NCBI GenBank assembly: GCA_024679065.1
Contig: JAGIQG010000017.1
Span: 34,596,001-34,660,000, forward strand
Origin: Sphyrna mokarran
Lineage: Eukaryota
Direction of reading: 5' to 3'
Length of the DNA: 64,000 bases
Of this stretch, positions 1-12,904 are shown one piece after another (the first letter of the stretch is position 1; every line of letters begins with the position of its first letter). Below the pieces are notes generated by a model. The model was not told the origin of the DNA. It saw nothing but the letters and a program-made list of their open reading frames with translations, and made no database searches. Both the position numbers and the translations under genes were made by a program.

Positions 1-170
1 TGGTAACAATGCATACAATGACTTCTCACCCTCCCCTTTATGAAAGTTCTGCAACTGTTCAGAGACATCCTTGATTCTGGCACCAAGGAGGCAATACATC
101 ATCCAGGAGTCTCGATTGCAGTCACACAAATGCCTGTCTGTGCCTCCAACTAGTGAGTCCCCTATTACTA
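1..170 (-). mobile_element. CR1-clade LINE ORF1 (SGNH esterase-like) fragment
   Basis: Reverse complement reads IGDSLVGGTDRHLCDCNRDSWMMYCLLGARIKDVSEQLQ..KGEG, the CR1 ORF1 GDS-motif region. Confidence 0.75.
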
Positions 171-289
171 CTGGTTGCTTGCTCTACAGCAGAACCAGGT
201 GTGGTGCCATAAGCTTGAATGCTTCTGGTATCATTTTGGGGGTTAACCAGAAATGTAACTGGACCAACATATGCAGAACTGGTGAGCTT

Positions 290-565
290 AATACTAGGGG
301 AAATAGTATTAGGATAAAAGGATAGCCATTTAGAACTCAGATGAAGAAAGATTTCTTCAGTCAGAGAGTTATAAATCTTAAATTCACAGTTGTGGATTCT
401 TAAAACTGTCCAAAACTAAAATGGATAGATTTTGGGAGTCAAAGTGAATCTGTGGATTTAGGGATCTGGCAGAAAAGTGGAGTTAAAGATGAAAATTTGC
501 CATGATCCTAATGAATGGTAGGTAGGCTTGGGAGGGCTGCATTCTCTGCCTCTATTGTGTTCTAA
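290..565 (+). mobile_element. CR1/HER1 LINE 3' end fragment
   Basis: ataaaaggatagccatttagaactcagatgaagaaagatttcttcagtcagagagtt.. and gccatgatcctaatgaatgg, typical of a shark CR1 3' end. Confidence 0.7.
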
Positions 566-659
566 TGCATAAAGTAGCAGAGTCCACACTCTTCCATGTA
601 CCTACCCTTTCTCAGATTCAGACACTGATGAGGCTGCTCATCATTGTAGCAACTTATGT

Positions 660-1178
660 CACAGAATCACATGTCCTCTATTTGCACTGCAAGGCCCCTT
701 CACCCTATCAAATCTGCATCACTCTCCAACAGAGCATATTACCCAAGCCCTAATCCCATAACCCCACATATTTACCCTGATAATTCCCCTAACCACTGAT
801 GAAATAGCAGAGATAGTAATCATACATTTCTAAGAATCTTTGGACAAAGAGTTGAGTGCGACAACAATTGTTGCACCACTCTCTTCAAAAAAAAAGGGAA
901 AGAGATAAGATGGGGAATTATAGGCCTATTAGCTTTATGCTTTAGTAGGAAATCTACTAGAAACCATAAAAGTGATAATATTAGTGAGCACTTAAGACAG
1001 TAAGGGACAATTTACCATGGCCAATCCATCTAACTTGCACAACTTTCGATTGTTGGAGGCAACTTATGCAGACAGGTGGAGAATGTGCAAGTTCCATCCA
1101 GTCCCATTATGGCCAGAATTGAATCTGGGTCCTTGAAGATGTGAGGCAGCAGTGCCAACAACTGTGCCACCATGCTGC
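660..1178 (-). mobile_element. HE1-type tRNA-derived SINE, interrupted at 795-994 by a copied CR1 segment
   Basis: Head gtgaggcagcagtgccaacaactgtgccacc; body agggacaatttaccatggccaatccatctaacttgcac. Confidence 0.8.
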
Positions 1179-1447
1179 CCATGTTATTCCCCAAGAAGAT
1201 AGTTTCCATGGCAATTTTATTGAAAGAATATATCCAAGAATGCAGGCATTAGGTGAACGAGGGGTGAGGACAATACCAAGGACAGTTCCCCTATCCCCAC
1301 TGGTACCTGGCAAGGTAAGAAACCAGTGAATTGAATCAAGCTTATTTTTCTTTGAAAGCTAGTATGAAGTATATAGTAAAGTTAGGGAATTAGAGAATGA
1401 ATAATTAACATGAATCAGAATAAGGCACGGTGTTAGGGTTGCTCAAT

Positions 1448-1697
1448 GCACAGTGGTTTGCATTGCTCCCTCACAGTGCCAGGGATCCAGGTTACTGTCT
1501 GTGCGGAGCCTGCACATTCTCCCTGTGTCTCTGGATTTCCTCCCAGAGTCCAAAAAATGTGCTGTTAGATACATGGGATATGTTAAATTCTCCAACAGTG
1601 TATGGAAACAGGGGCGTGGCGACTACGGGATTTTCTTAGTAACTTCATTGCAGTGTTAACATAAACCTACTTTTGATACTAATAAATAAACTTAAAC
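1448..1697 (+). mobile_element. HE1-related SINE with the AATAAATAAACTT-type tail
   Basis: gcacagtggtttgcattgctccctcacagtgccaggga ... gtaacttcattgcagtgttaac..aataaataaactt. Confidence 0.8.
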
Positions 1698-2009
1698 ACG
1701 TAGAAAAATACAACCTATAAGCCCAGGTGATAATTGTTGCCTAACTATTTGCTGTATACCAGGGTATCTAAGGCTTCAAAATAAAGAATCAAGTCCCAAA
1801 ATATATTTCAAGCACAAAACAACTCGTGTATAAAACATTCATGTGACTGTCTGACTGCCCCAGCCTTTTAAGAGTTGGCTTTTTGGCACTGAAATTTTCA
1901 AAGTTAGTTGGAAAGATTAATTATGTTACCTTATTACATAATTTAATTCTAGTATTAATTTTTGCTGCTGCCTTTAGTAGAACTTAGTCTTTGTAGAAAG
2001 TCACTTGCC

Positions 2010-2370
2010 TATCACTTTGTCAAGTGCTTTTTGGAAATCTCCCACCTGCACTGCATTCCTACTGTCTATCTATTTTGTAATTGCTTAGAAGAATTGGATT
2101 AATTTAGTCAAGCATGGTCTGCCCTTACCAATTTGTGTTGATTGCCCCAATTAGAACACACCTTTCTAAGTGTTCACTAATGTTATCACTTTTATGGTTT
2201 TTAGTAGATTTCCTACTAATAGCATGAAGCTAATAGGCCTATAATTCCCCTTCTTATCTCTTTCCCTATTTTTGTTGGAGAGTGGTGCAACAATTGTTGA
2301 AACATTCAAGTCTTTGTCCAAAGATACTTTGTAGAAATGTACGATTAGTATCTTTGCTATTTCATCAGTA
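2010..2370 (-). mobile_element. Old CR1 ORF2 reverse-transcriptase fragment
   Basis: Reverse complement contains GGG AAT TAT AGG CCT ATT AGC (GNYRPIS) and a tgcttgactaa segment (CLT-like) further along. Confidence 0.7.
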
Positions 2371-3374
2371 ACCTTTCAGTATGCCAAAGCATAAATAATC
2401 CAAACTCTTGGGTTCTGACAGTTCCAATATAAGCAGGAGATTTGGTGCAGCATAAAATCCATTCATTTTCACGATTTACTGAAGAATGCATTCGGACTTG
2501 CAGTGGATACTCTTTGCATATGACAAGAGTCACAACAAGATGTGATCACCACACAAAAATTTGTTACTCTACCCTAAATATTTTTGAGATTGCAAGTCAC
2601 TATTTGAAAGAAACCAAGTCCCTTACATCAAAGTGGAGTTCTTGCTTAATCTCACTTGTAGAAGCTTGTGGCCGTATCTTGTGACCCAAGAGGCAGACAG
2701 TGTAAAAATATTTTTACTGTTGTACTCAGAGCACCTTCTCCAGCACGGAAGGCATTCTATTTTGACAGACTGAGCTTAAATCTGAGGACTGCACAATTGT
2801 TTTTAAATGGGAATTCCATTTTATATGATCAATATGTGGGAGGAGGAGCAGCAGCCAGCAGCTCTTAAGTTAGTCCAGACTTAACAGAACAATCCAACCA
2901 TTCTGTCTCCACTCATCAAATCAGACATATAGACCCAAGCATTTTACCAAGACTCTTGCTCAGAGTTTGTCTCAGATGGCTGTGCTTCAGTTATTCAACT
3001 TTTGAAGAGCACTTATTTCTGCAGTCAGACCTACATGCAGCATGCACAGCTCCCATGTTGCAAGGAATGTGATCAATATGCAATAGTCTCATTACAGAGA
3101 GTCTCAGCACCTTTGACAGATCTGCCAATTTGTTGTCCATTCCTCTGTAAGTTAAGGTCTTGCATACCCTTTTCCCAGTACAGCTCAATTTGCACAATTT
3201 GCCAGTGCTCCCAGACAAGTGATTGAGAGGGCCATCATATTTTTCAGCATTGCCAGATTCTCCAAGGTTGTCAGGACTATTGATTAGACCTATGTAGTGA
3301 AATATGCCCCATATGTAATTCCCCCCATAATTAAATGAACCAAAATCTAAAGCTCATTTGTCATGGCAACCATA

Positions 3375-3600
3375 CGTTTGTCACTGTGGAGCTTGCATAC
3401 TCTGCCCATGCCTGCGTGAGTTTCCTCCCACAGTCTAAAGATGTGCAGGTTAGGTAGATTAGCCATGGTAAATTGTGGCTTTCGGGATTAGTCAGGTAAA
3501 TACGTTATGGGGATAGAGCCTGGATGGTTTGCTCTATTGGACAGTCAGTGCCAACTAGATGGGTTGAGTGGTCATCTTCTGCACTGATTCTATGATCTAT
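3375..3600 (+). mobile_element. HE1 SINE, 5'-truncated
   Basis: tgtggagcttgcatactctgcc..aaagatgtgcaggttaggtagattagccatggtaaatt..gattctatga. Confidence 0.8.
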
Positions 3601-4754
3601 AGGTTCACAATGTACTGGGAATTGTTCTACATTTATATTTCAGTTGTCCAGCATCTCCGCTCTATTTCAAGAGTAAGAGCAAGGACTAAGGTAATTGCTG
3701 GATGGTAAAACATTCCCATTACTCCATGCATTAAGATGTCTCTTCATACACCCATTCCTCCAGAAAAGCACGCATGAAGATAATGATGAGAATTATTAAA
3801 TCCACTGTGATACTCCAAGGAAAGTTCTAATTTCTTAATAGATCTAGGGTTGTAATGGAATGTAAACTCAGCAGTGGTCTAGAAATTCAAATTCTCCAGC
3901 ACAATACAGATACCTAAACATCCAATATAATGCATTCTTATTATACTAATGCACCAGTCATTAGATTGATGAAGGCAGAAAAAGTGCTAGATACTTCCTA
4001 GAACAATTTGCATATGCAAACAGGAATCTTGATTACTGTCAGAGGCTCCATGTATTGGACCAGCCACACACAACAAAGTGTGGTCTATATTTGACATAAA
4101 CAATGGGCTTTAAAGGCAGACTTTATCTCAAAAGGTGGTTTTAAAATATTATCCTAAATATGTAACTGTATCTCCTTTCACTTACTTCAAGGAACAAGGG
4201 CACTAATAAAACCTTACTACTGTATCAGAGTAAACATTCTCTTGGCTGGTATAAAGATGGCTATAACTATGGAAAGAGTATTCACGCCTGTTAGACTGTT
4301 AATCAGCCTGCAAATTTTCCACTACTTCATACTATTCTCCAAGGGAATGTCTGATGAGATGAAAACAACAACTCTTTTAATATAGTTTCCTTTTTACCAT
4401 TTATACCAACCTGTGGTTCATCCAAGTCTCCCTCTTGTGCTTCTGTACTCCTCCCCATAAATACAGAAGAAAACATTTCTTGAGTAAGCACTACTTTTTA
4501 ATTCAGTACCACAAGACTATATTTTTCACTCTTTAGTTGCAATGGTGATTTGGTGAGGAATAAATACATTGCTTTTATGGCCAAAAGTATTTGCTGGGTG
4601 AAAACCCCAAATGGTTGATCTGCTGTAGTATCTGAAGATTCAGAGTTTGCTAACAGCCCTTTCAAGTGGAAATTTCTGGTAACATTAGTCACTTGTCTCC
4701 ATGAAACTCACATTGCAAGTTTAGGGAGTAAGACCAGTGAAATCCAAATACTGA

Positions 4755-5390
4755 CATATTTTGGAATCTGTCTTTGCAAAGAATGTCTGGAGAGAGATGA
4801 GGTGTTTTTTGTTGATGTTTATCCAGAACAGTGTGTGATGCAGGATCTGTGCTTCATGGGCTGTTCTCAGAGATGTACTTTGAGACAAAAATAAGTATTG
4901 CTGGAGGATCATCAACTTGTGAAAGATGCTCTTTGGTCTGTCCAAAACTTTTTGGTCTTCCAGTACAAGGAGTTAGCCCTGACTGAGTGTTGCAGACTGG
5001 CACATTCCAAAACCCAGGACTACATGCTAAGGGATGCACTAAACTTGGGCAGCTGCCACAGAGGCACAAAGGTCGCTGTCTGAGACCTTTCAATCACAGT
5101 GAAGCAAAGGGTGCAGAATCACCTCAGACTGGCTCACTGAATGCATATTACACATATCTCAGTTGTACTGAAACACCTACTTCTATGTAAACAACTTTTA
5201 AAATAACTTAGCAAGACTTGTAAGACCATTGTAAAATGTCTGAAACATTGATTTTATGTATTGAAGCATCTCAGAATGTTACTTGATGTATGTAAGGTAC
5301 CTGAACATTATTGCTGTTTGTGCATAAGCCATTTTGGAATGATTGTAATGTTCTCACAGATTTGTAAATAAAGTATATTTTTGAAAAAAA
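4755..5390 (+). mobile_element. L1-Tx1 clade LINE 3' end (ORF2 C-terminus, 3'UTR, A tail)
   Basis: ORF 4898..5083 VKDALWSVQNFLVFQYKELALTECCRLAHSKTQDYMLRDAL; ends aataaagtatatttttgaaaaaaa. Confidence 0.75.
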
Positions 5391-6042
5391 GATATTGACT
5401 ATTTTAATTCTGGCATTATCTAGCCTGAAAGATGACCAATGCTCTGCTTTCATACAAATCAAGGGATTTGTTGAAGAGGCACCACTCTTCCCCTTCAGCA
5501 CACCTATAGTATATTTATTGCCTATTGTGACAACAATATCTGCACCATCAAGCTCTTCTGCACAAATCACAATGGATGTGCCAGAAAGCTTGTCATAGCA
5601 GGCAGCCAAAAGGAACTCACCAAGGCTGACTTAAATGCAAGTTCTCTAAATCTACAGCACAGTCTCCATGATTGCCGTAATGTTCCTAAGTTTAGAAATT
5701 TAGGACTGTGGTGACTTTTACGGCTATTCGTGATATCTTTATTGAAACTGGTCTGGGTTTTGCAGGTCTTCATTCAGCAGATGGCACATCCCCATTATTT
5801 AGCCACAGCCTCGTGAGACGTTACTCCTCAGCGATTCCCACATAGCTCCACTAGAGAGGATACAATGATTTGTAGAGTGACAGTTTCCTACGATAACATC
5901 TATAAATTGCTATTTTCAGCATACTGTTCCTGCTGAGATAGAATGTTGTAAAATTATACAAGGTGCATCTAAATAACAATTAGGCTAATAAGCCTAAGAA
6001 TTTGGATTCACAACTTCAACAATCTAATGGCAAACAGTGATT

Positions 6043-6120
6043 CAAGTTTAAGCTTATCTTATTGGTGTCACAAGTAGGCTGACATTAACACTCCAATGAA
6101 GTTACTGTGAAAATTCCATG
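6043..6120 (-). mobile_element. SINE tail fragment (AATAAATAAACTT-type)
   Basis: gtgtcacaagtaggctgacattaacactccaatgaagttactgtgaaaatt matches the tails at about 1640-1697 and 53260-53324 in reverse. Confidence 0.75.
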
Positions 6121-6974
6121 TCACAAGCAATTTTGCATTGCCACAAATCTAGAAAAATACACTTTGTTTTGTTTGTGAAATTACTGACCCTTATATATAT
6201 ATATCATTAATATGAATACCAACAGTAATTTTCAAGTTTTTTTATATTGGTAATGGGGGTCCATTGTTAATCAAATCTGAAGATTAACAGTACTTAATGG
6301 GGAGCTAAACATGCTCATTTGGGATAGGCTTCAAATCTTTATGGAATTCTGAAGTACAGGACATAAAAAGTTTGCCAAGTATTTTGTTTGATAGTACACT
6401 ACACATTAACAAAGTAATGTTGCTTCTGTTACTGTAACATTGTATAATTTACCTTCAGAATGTACATTGTAGTCTTACAGCTGTCAAATCTGTGCACTGC
6501 TAAACTAAAACCTCATGCAAGTTTTATTTATTTCAGTGATTTAAAGTTCAGGATTACAACAATGTAATTATACTAGGGTTTTGTCCTGGGAATTGACCAC
6601 AATGAAACTGTGGTTTAGTTTTCAATCTTAATGGTAACTTAGAACTCATGAGCAACACAAATTATGGGTGAGTTACTTTCGTGATTCTCAGCAGTGAAAT
6701 ATAAATTAATATTTCATTATTTCCTATTGCAAATCCTTTATTATTTTCAAAAGAATGGAGTTCTAAAAAAAATGTGCCTTAAAGTGAAGTTATACTATCA
6801 GATCCAAGTTCCAATGGAAGCACAGAGAATGATGACATCACTTCCATAAAACTTCTGTAGGTTACTATAGCAACATGTAGAGTTTGCTCATGGATTCTCT
6901 ATTCTGTTGGTAGATACATAAAGCACATTTACAATGCCTTCTGTTTTTTATCAGTAGAATGATACTGCACTTTA

Positions 6975-8160
6975 CCATTCGGTTATCAGGCGGAAAACTG
7001 AGAGTAGGAATAAATTGGATTAGTCTCACATTGGCAGCAATATATACTTATGATTTGGATGAAGGGACTAAATGAAATATTTCCAAGTTGTAAATGATAC
7101 AAAGCTAGGCAGGATTCTGTGCCGCAAGGAAGATGTAAAGTGCCTGCAACAAGATTTAGATGGACATAGTAAGGGGCAAGATTATGGCAGATGGCATATA
7201 ATGTGAAAAAGTGTGTGGTAATCCACTTTGGTAAAAGGAACAGATGTGTAGAATATTTCTTAAATGGTGAGAAGTTAATAAGGATGTGGAAATGCTGGTG
7301 TTAGATTGGGGTGGGCACAGTAAGAAGTCTCACAACACTTAGCTAAAACCCAAATGGTTTATTTGGTAGCACAAGCTTTCAGAGCATTGCTTCTTCATCA
7401 GGTGAGTGGAGAATTGGGTTCATAAACAGGGCATATATAGACACAGAATATATAAAATACATAGACACAGAAATTAGTAAGTAGATGTAGAAGAGAACCT
7501 GGGTGCCCTTGTCTGTGAGTCACTGAAGGCTAACACATGTAGGTACACCAACCATTGGGAGGCTAATAGGATATTATCCTTTATCACAAGAGAATTCAGG
7601 TACATGAGTAGTGAAGTTTTGCTTCAATTATATGGAAGCTTGGTTAAATTACACCTGGAGTACTGTGTACAATTTTGGTCCTCTTATCTCAGAAGGGATA
7701 TAATTGCCATAGAGAGAAAGTTTCACCAGACTTGTTCTAGGGATGGTAGGACTTTCTTATGAAGAGAGATTGGGCAAACTGAATCTGTATTCTTGGGAGT
7801 TTCAAAGAATGAATAATGATCTCACTGAAAGCTACAAAATATTCAAAGATATGGGCAGGGTACATACAAATAAGATATTCCCCTTTATTAGGGAGTCTAA
7901 AACCAGGGACAGAATTTCAAAAAAAGGGAGAAGTCACTTAGGACCGAAATTAGGGGAAATTTCTTTTCACAGATGTTTATGACTCTTTGGATTTCTTTAC
8001 CCCAGAGGGCCATGGAAGATCATTCATTGAGTTTAAGGTAGGGATCGATCATTCCTGCTTAACAAAGGGTTATGGAGTGGTGTAGATAAAAGACATAAAG
8101 GCATAGAATATATAGGGTCTGATTAGCCATGATTGTCTTGAATGGCCCATTCCTGTTCCA
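6975..8160 (+). mobile_element. CR1/HER1 LINE ORF2 3' part, decayed, with a nested Penelope terminus
   Basis: cacctggagtactgtgtacaattttggtc (HLEYCVQFWS); ORF 7743..7982 GLSYEERLGKLNLYS. Confidence 0.85.
7281..7470 (-). mobile_element. Penelope-like element terminal fragment nested in CR1, carrying a minimal hammerhead motif
   Basis: Interrupts the CR1 sequence; reverse complement contains CAC-CTGATGA-AGAAGC AAT GCTCT-GAAA-GCTT-GTG followed by AATAAA. Confidence 0.65.
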
Positions 8161-8536
8161 ATCCTGCATGTCATGTTTTATTGAGGCAGGACTCAAAATT
8201 AAAAATAAATATTAGCAAGCAATGTCAGTGATGCTTGGCAACAAAGATGTGATTTCACAACTGTAACTTCAATGCTTGTGGCACAACCAAGTACATCATA
8301 TCTCCACTCCAAACAAACTGCAGGCTTTTACTGGTTTCCAGGCATCCTGTTTATTCCCAGAACTGGAAATTCCCAGGAATCTTGGACTTGATGTTTCAAA
8401 TTCACTATCCACAAATTTGTGAAATCACAACCAATAGTTGATAAACTATTTTCACAAACCTCATGAAAAACTGGCATAAATTTGTCATTGAAAATACATG
8501 GCCATGCTGATCCAATCCTCTTGTTCCCAGTTCACA

Positions 8537-8561
8537 CTCTCTCTCTCTCTCTCTCTCTCTC
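8537..8561. repeat. (CT)12 microsatellite
   Basis: Read directly from the sequence. Confidence 0.95.
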
Positions 8562-10559
8562 AGCAGTTGCTGCATTTAGATTACGTTCATCCTCTCTCTC
8601 AGTAGTTGACTTACTTTTAAGAGTTTCTTTGTTAACTTTCCTTGTTTTCTATTCCTACCAATGTGAATTTAGCTTACGTTTTAAAAAAATATCTTGTGTT
8701 TTGCAGCATAAGTTCAACTGGCAGGATGAGAAACATTAGCCAACTAAAAGCTGAGGAAGCTAATGCAAGGTGGGACAAACCAGTGTCAGGATTGTGGAAA
8801 GCAATCAGGGTGACAGCGATTTGTTACCACAGTGAGCATGCCTCAATTAAACTGAATAATTTCCAAGCCAATTAGCTTTCACTTAAAAGAACAGTAGCAA
8901 GAATTACATTATACAGTATTATGTTAACCTGAAGTGATGTTATATGCCGTGTTGGTTATACAATGTGAGCTAAACCATGGATATGACACTGATGCATTCC
9001 AAAATGGATTTGATTACACATATAGTGCTATTACAGGTTTTTGCATCACAGTTAACCTCATGAAACTGCAATACAAATCTTAGTGGCTCATCAGGCAAAT
9101 TTACAAGAGGGCAAAAGTAGATCAGAAGTGATTTAAATCTGAGGTTCTACTATGTATGTTATTTTGAATTTGGATTAATTTGGCTCACAAATACAGTTTG
9201 GAAAGTAATCCTTGTTGAATCAACTGTATTCAAAACATTGAAAGTTTCAAAAGATGTCAACATCAAAAAACAGGGAGAGTAAACAAGTCAACTCCTCCAG
9301 TTGTTCAATAGCACTCTGACATTGTCTTCAAAAATACTAATTAGATATTTTCACTCTTCACTGTGTCAATTAAGAAAATAATTTTTTTTAAATCATTGCA
9401 CAACTCAGACAGATGAAATTAAATGAAAACTTCTTCCTTCTGATGGCAAAACACAGAGCAAAGTTAGGGAAGTCTTGGCCTGGAATCTAATTGGTGACAC
9501 CTAATAAACTTTGCTTGAAATTTGCATAATTTATCAATATCAGTTAGACAGGCTACAAAGAAATAAGTGTAAAGATTGGAAGCCATGCTAGTGCAACAGC
9601 ATTTACTCTACTGAGACTGGATTTGAGATACATTGTCAAGGCAATGTCGAGGAATGTCTGCATTTCATTTGGTATGTGCTATATTTGCTCTTAGAATATT
9701 TGACACTGTCACTGGGTTCCAGTTGGAAAATTATTTCCAAGCTGTCATTCGTCACCTTGTTGAACCTAGGCATATAAAACTAAAATGAAATCGAAAGAAA
9801 ACAAAATGTTATAGGATTTAATGTACATCTGCATTTCTAACATATGCATCGTGAGAGATTCTGAATTCTGTGCATTATTTTATTTCTGCCAGATAAATAC
9901 AGCAGTGTTTATCAAGTGACCATAATTTTTCAGTAAAACTTGCACACTGAGTTTTAGATCGTGTGCAGACTTTATTTTCAAGTTGGAAACACATCTATAA
10001 CTGTAAGAGTAGTGTTGTCTATTTAAATGGACGCACTAACCCCAAATCCATGGTCTGAATGTATGAAGTGCATTACCTTATAGTTTGGGTGCGACAAATG
10101 CAATGTTCGTGATACAGCTTCCTTTGGGATCTATCATGGATGTGTGAGATTTATGGCTTTTCTGTAGCTTATTGAAAGACAGAATCTTATGGTGTATACA
10201 GATAATTGAAGACCCCTCTAAGTAGAGTGCCTGTACACTATGAACAAACCTTCCAATCAATAAGACATTTTGTTATATTTTATTACAAAAGCAAACACAG
10301 CATTCAATGTCGGAAAATGGCTAAGTTCATTATTTTAATAGCAACGGCTGTTGGAGATTTCTAAGATCAGTATTCCAGTTTGACTTGCATTGCAACCTTT
10401 GATTTAATTTAACAGAGCAGACACTATAGTTTATTCTTGACTCTAATTATGAAGCATTATTGATGTAGAATTAATGAATATTTAGTAGTCACACACAAAT
10501 ATGACATGGAATATCCATTAGTATCTAACAACAGGATGGTCATTTCATATTTCTAGTTG

Positions 10560-11486
10560 TAAAAAATATTGCATCAGAAAATTACAGTATTAATTGTGCT
10601 TTTCAAATACTCAACCTTCCATAATTAATCAATAATTACGTTAGTAATTGGCCAAAAAATAAATGGAGACATCTATTTAGTGTAACAAATTCCATTAATT
10701 ATAAACTACTGAGTAACTTTTTAATGTTTAAATCATATATACTGTAACTTTGATGTGGACATAAAAAAGCATGTAAATCCATCCCTGACCTTTATGTAAT
10801 TACTTTACGTACAAGTTGTTTTCACACTGTCAAATGATACACAGTTGCTTCTGCTGTGGAACACAAGGCAGTACAGTGCTTAATGATAAGCGACCAAAAA
10901 TCAATTTGTAATCTGATTTGAGGTTTTTGATTTCCTCTGATGAGTTTAGATTCCATTAAAAGCAAGCTCTTGCAAAGATAAAAGAAATCCTTGAAGGGTA
11001 AAGAGAGAGAATTGTCTCAGAGAATATAAAGAACTTCCACTCTTTGTGCCATTTATTCACTTGTTAATTGTGAGTTACAACATGTGGGGTCATTTGGCAG
11101 ATGTATAGTTATCAAGCCGTATGATCAGCAGAAGTAAGAAAAAAGGCACAAGGGCTCACATTCAAAAATCGTTCTTTGGCATATTGACACTTTTTGCTAT
11201 CAACAACAGTCATTATCTGCTTACAGCTAGATTTCAGCTTGCCGTTGACATAATAAGCAGTGATCACTTTAAATCACTGATGCTGCTATCTACATCCTGT
11301 TAATTGTATGTATTCTGTGAAAAATTATTATTTGGGTGTGTTGCCTTGATGAGAAATTGACATTTTCCGACCCACTATTTGTGGCTACTCAGTGAGCCAG
11401 ATAAGGTTTATAATTCTTGATTAAGAAGAGCAGCTATTCTTACAGAGGTCTTTTTTATTGCTCTAGTTGACCTAGTTGATGAGTAT
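10560..11486. promoter_or_regulatory. Candidate conserved non-coding element cluster downstream of EBF3
   Basis: No recognisable repeats; dense TAAT/ATTA motifs (taattaatcaataattacgttagtaattgg; ccattaattataa). Conservation not tested. Confidence 0.45.
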
Positions 11487-12404
11487 NNNNNNNNNNNNNN
11501 NNNNNNNNNNNNNNNNNNNNNNNNNNNNNNNNNNNNNNNNNNNNNNNNNNNNNNNNNNNNNNNNNNNNNNNNNNNNNNNNNNNNNNNNNNNNNNNNNNNN
11601 NNNNNNNNNNNNNNNNNNNNNNNNNNNNNNNNNNNNNNNNNNNNNNNNNNNNNNNNNNNNNNNNNNNNNNNNNNNNNNNNNNTAAAAGGCTGCTTTACAG
11701 TAAGTGGCAGATGAGTAAACACGTTCTTCTGTTTTTTTGGATGGGAATGTGGAGTTATAATACCTTGCATAAGTTGACTGTTACTGGGCTTTTGTTTTCT
11801 GTTTAATGCAAGTTATTTGTGGAACATTTGTGTGCCCAAATTAATGTATTTGCGAAAAGAAATGTGATTTTTTTTTAAATACAAAACTGTATACACGCCA
11901 TTAGTCAAATGCACTAGCAACTAAAATAAGCTATGCATATTTATTCCTGAGAAAACCAATTAAGGACCAACATGTGCCAGCATTAATTTACACTGTATAC
12001 TTTAGCAGACTATAAAGCCAAAACATGTCAAAACACATCTACTGATATACGTTGAAAAGTAAAGAAATGTAAATTTAGATGATCTGAAAAAGAACATTTC
12101 TAAAGGATGGTATTATAAATGTTCACATCAAGATGGAACTGACAAATGAAATATTTTGACATTTGCCTGACATGTATTTTATTACAGTTTTCCCATTACA
12201 TAAAGAGAAAACAGCTTTTGCTTCGCCACACTTGACAAAGTATTACATGTTGGCACTACTGAACACTCATAAAATGTTTAATTTGCTCATTACTGGTATA
12301 CGGATAATTTACTTATTATTGGTTTAACAGTCTTAATATTGTAGTATCCAGTCACGTTACAACTGTGAAATCTTAACTGTTCAAGAACCAGAAAATGCAA
12401 GTTA

Positions 12405-12706
12405 AGGTTAAAGTTTTTTTTAAGTTTTATGGGTTAAGTTTATTTATTAGAGTTAGAAAGGTTACATTAACATTGCAATGAAGTTACTGTGAAAATCCCC
12501 CAGTTGTCACACTGCGACACCTGTTTGGGTATACTGAGGGAGAATTTAGCATGGCCAATGCACCTAATCAGCATGTCTTTTGGACTTGTGGGAGGAAACT
12601 GGAGCATCCAGAGGAAACCCACACAGACATGACAATGACCCAAATCACAAATCGAACCTGGGTTCTTGGCGCTGTGAGGTAATAGTGCTAACCATTGTAC
12701 CACTAT
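12405..12706 (-). mobile_element. HE1-related SINE, near full length, AATAAATAAACTT tail
   Basis: tcgaacctgggttcttggcgctgtgaggtaatagtgctaaccattgtaccac (B box and A box in reverse) plus the tail. Confidence 0.85.
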
Positions 12707-12898
12707 GCAAGACCAAACTCCTGAGCTGTCAAGAATTGTATCATGTTGGACCTCTTTGTGGAGTTTGAATTTGCACCAGTTAGTATACATTTGCAAGGGA
12801 AGGTGTCACATTAAGGTTATCAATTGAAAATAATGAAGTTAAGTTACATAAGAGGTCAACAAACTAATATTTAAAAATATCTGTAGTGCAGCAAAAGT

Positions 12899-12904
12899 TT
12901 TATT
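12899..12904 (-). terminator. Distal poly(A) signal AATAAA
   Basis: AATAAAACTTTTGCTGCACTACAGATA followed by TTTTT..TAGTTTGTTG; UTR-like composition ends here. Confidence 0.55.

Noticed and set aside
1-12800. A neighbouring gene (for example MGMT, tail-to-tail with EBF3 in mammals)
   Set aside because: No PCHRV motif or other convincing exon was seen; the ORFs here are repeat-derived or random.
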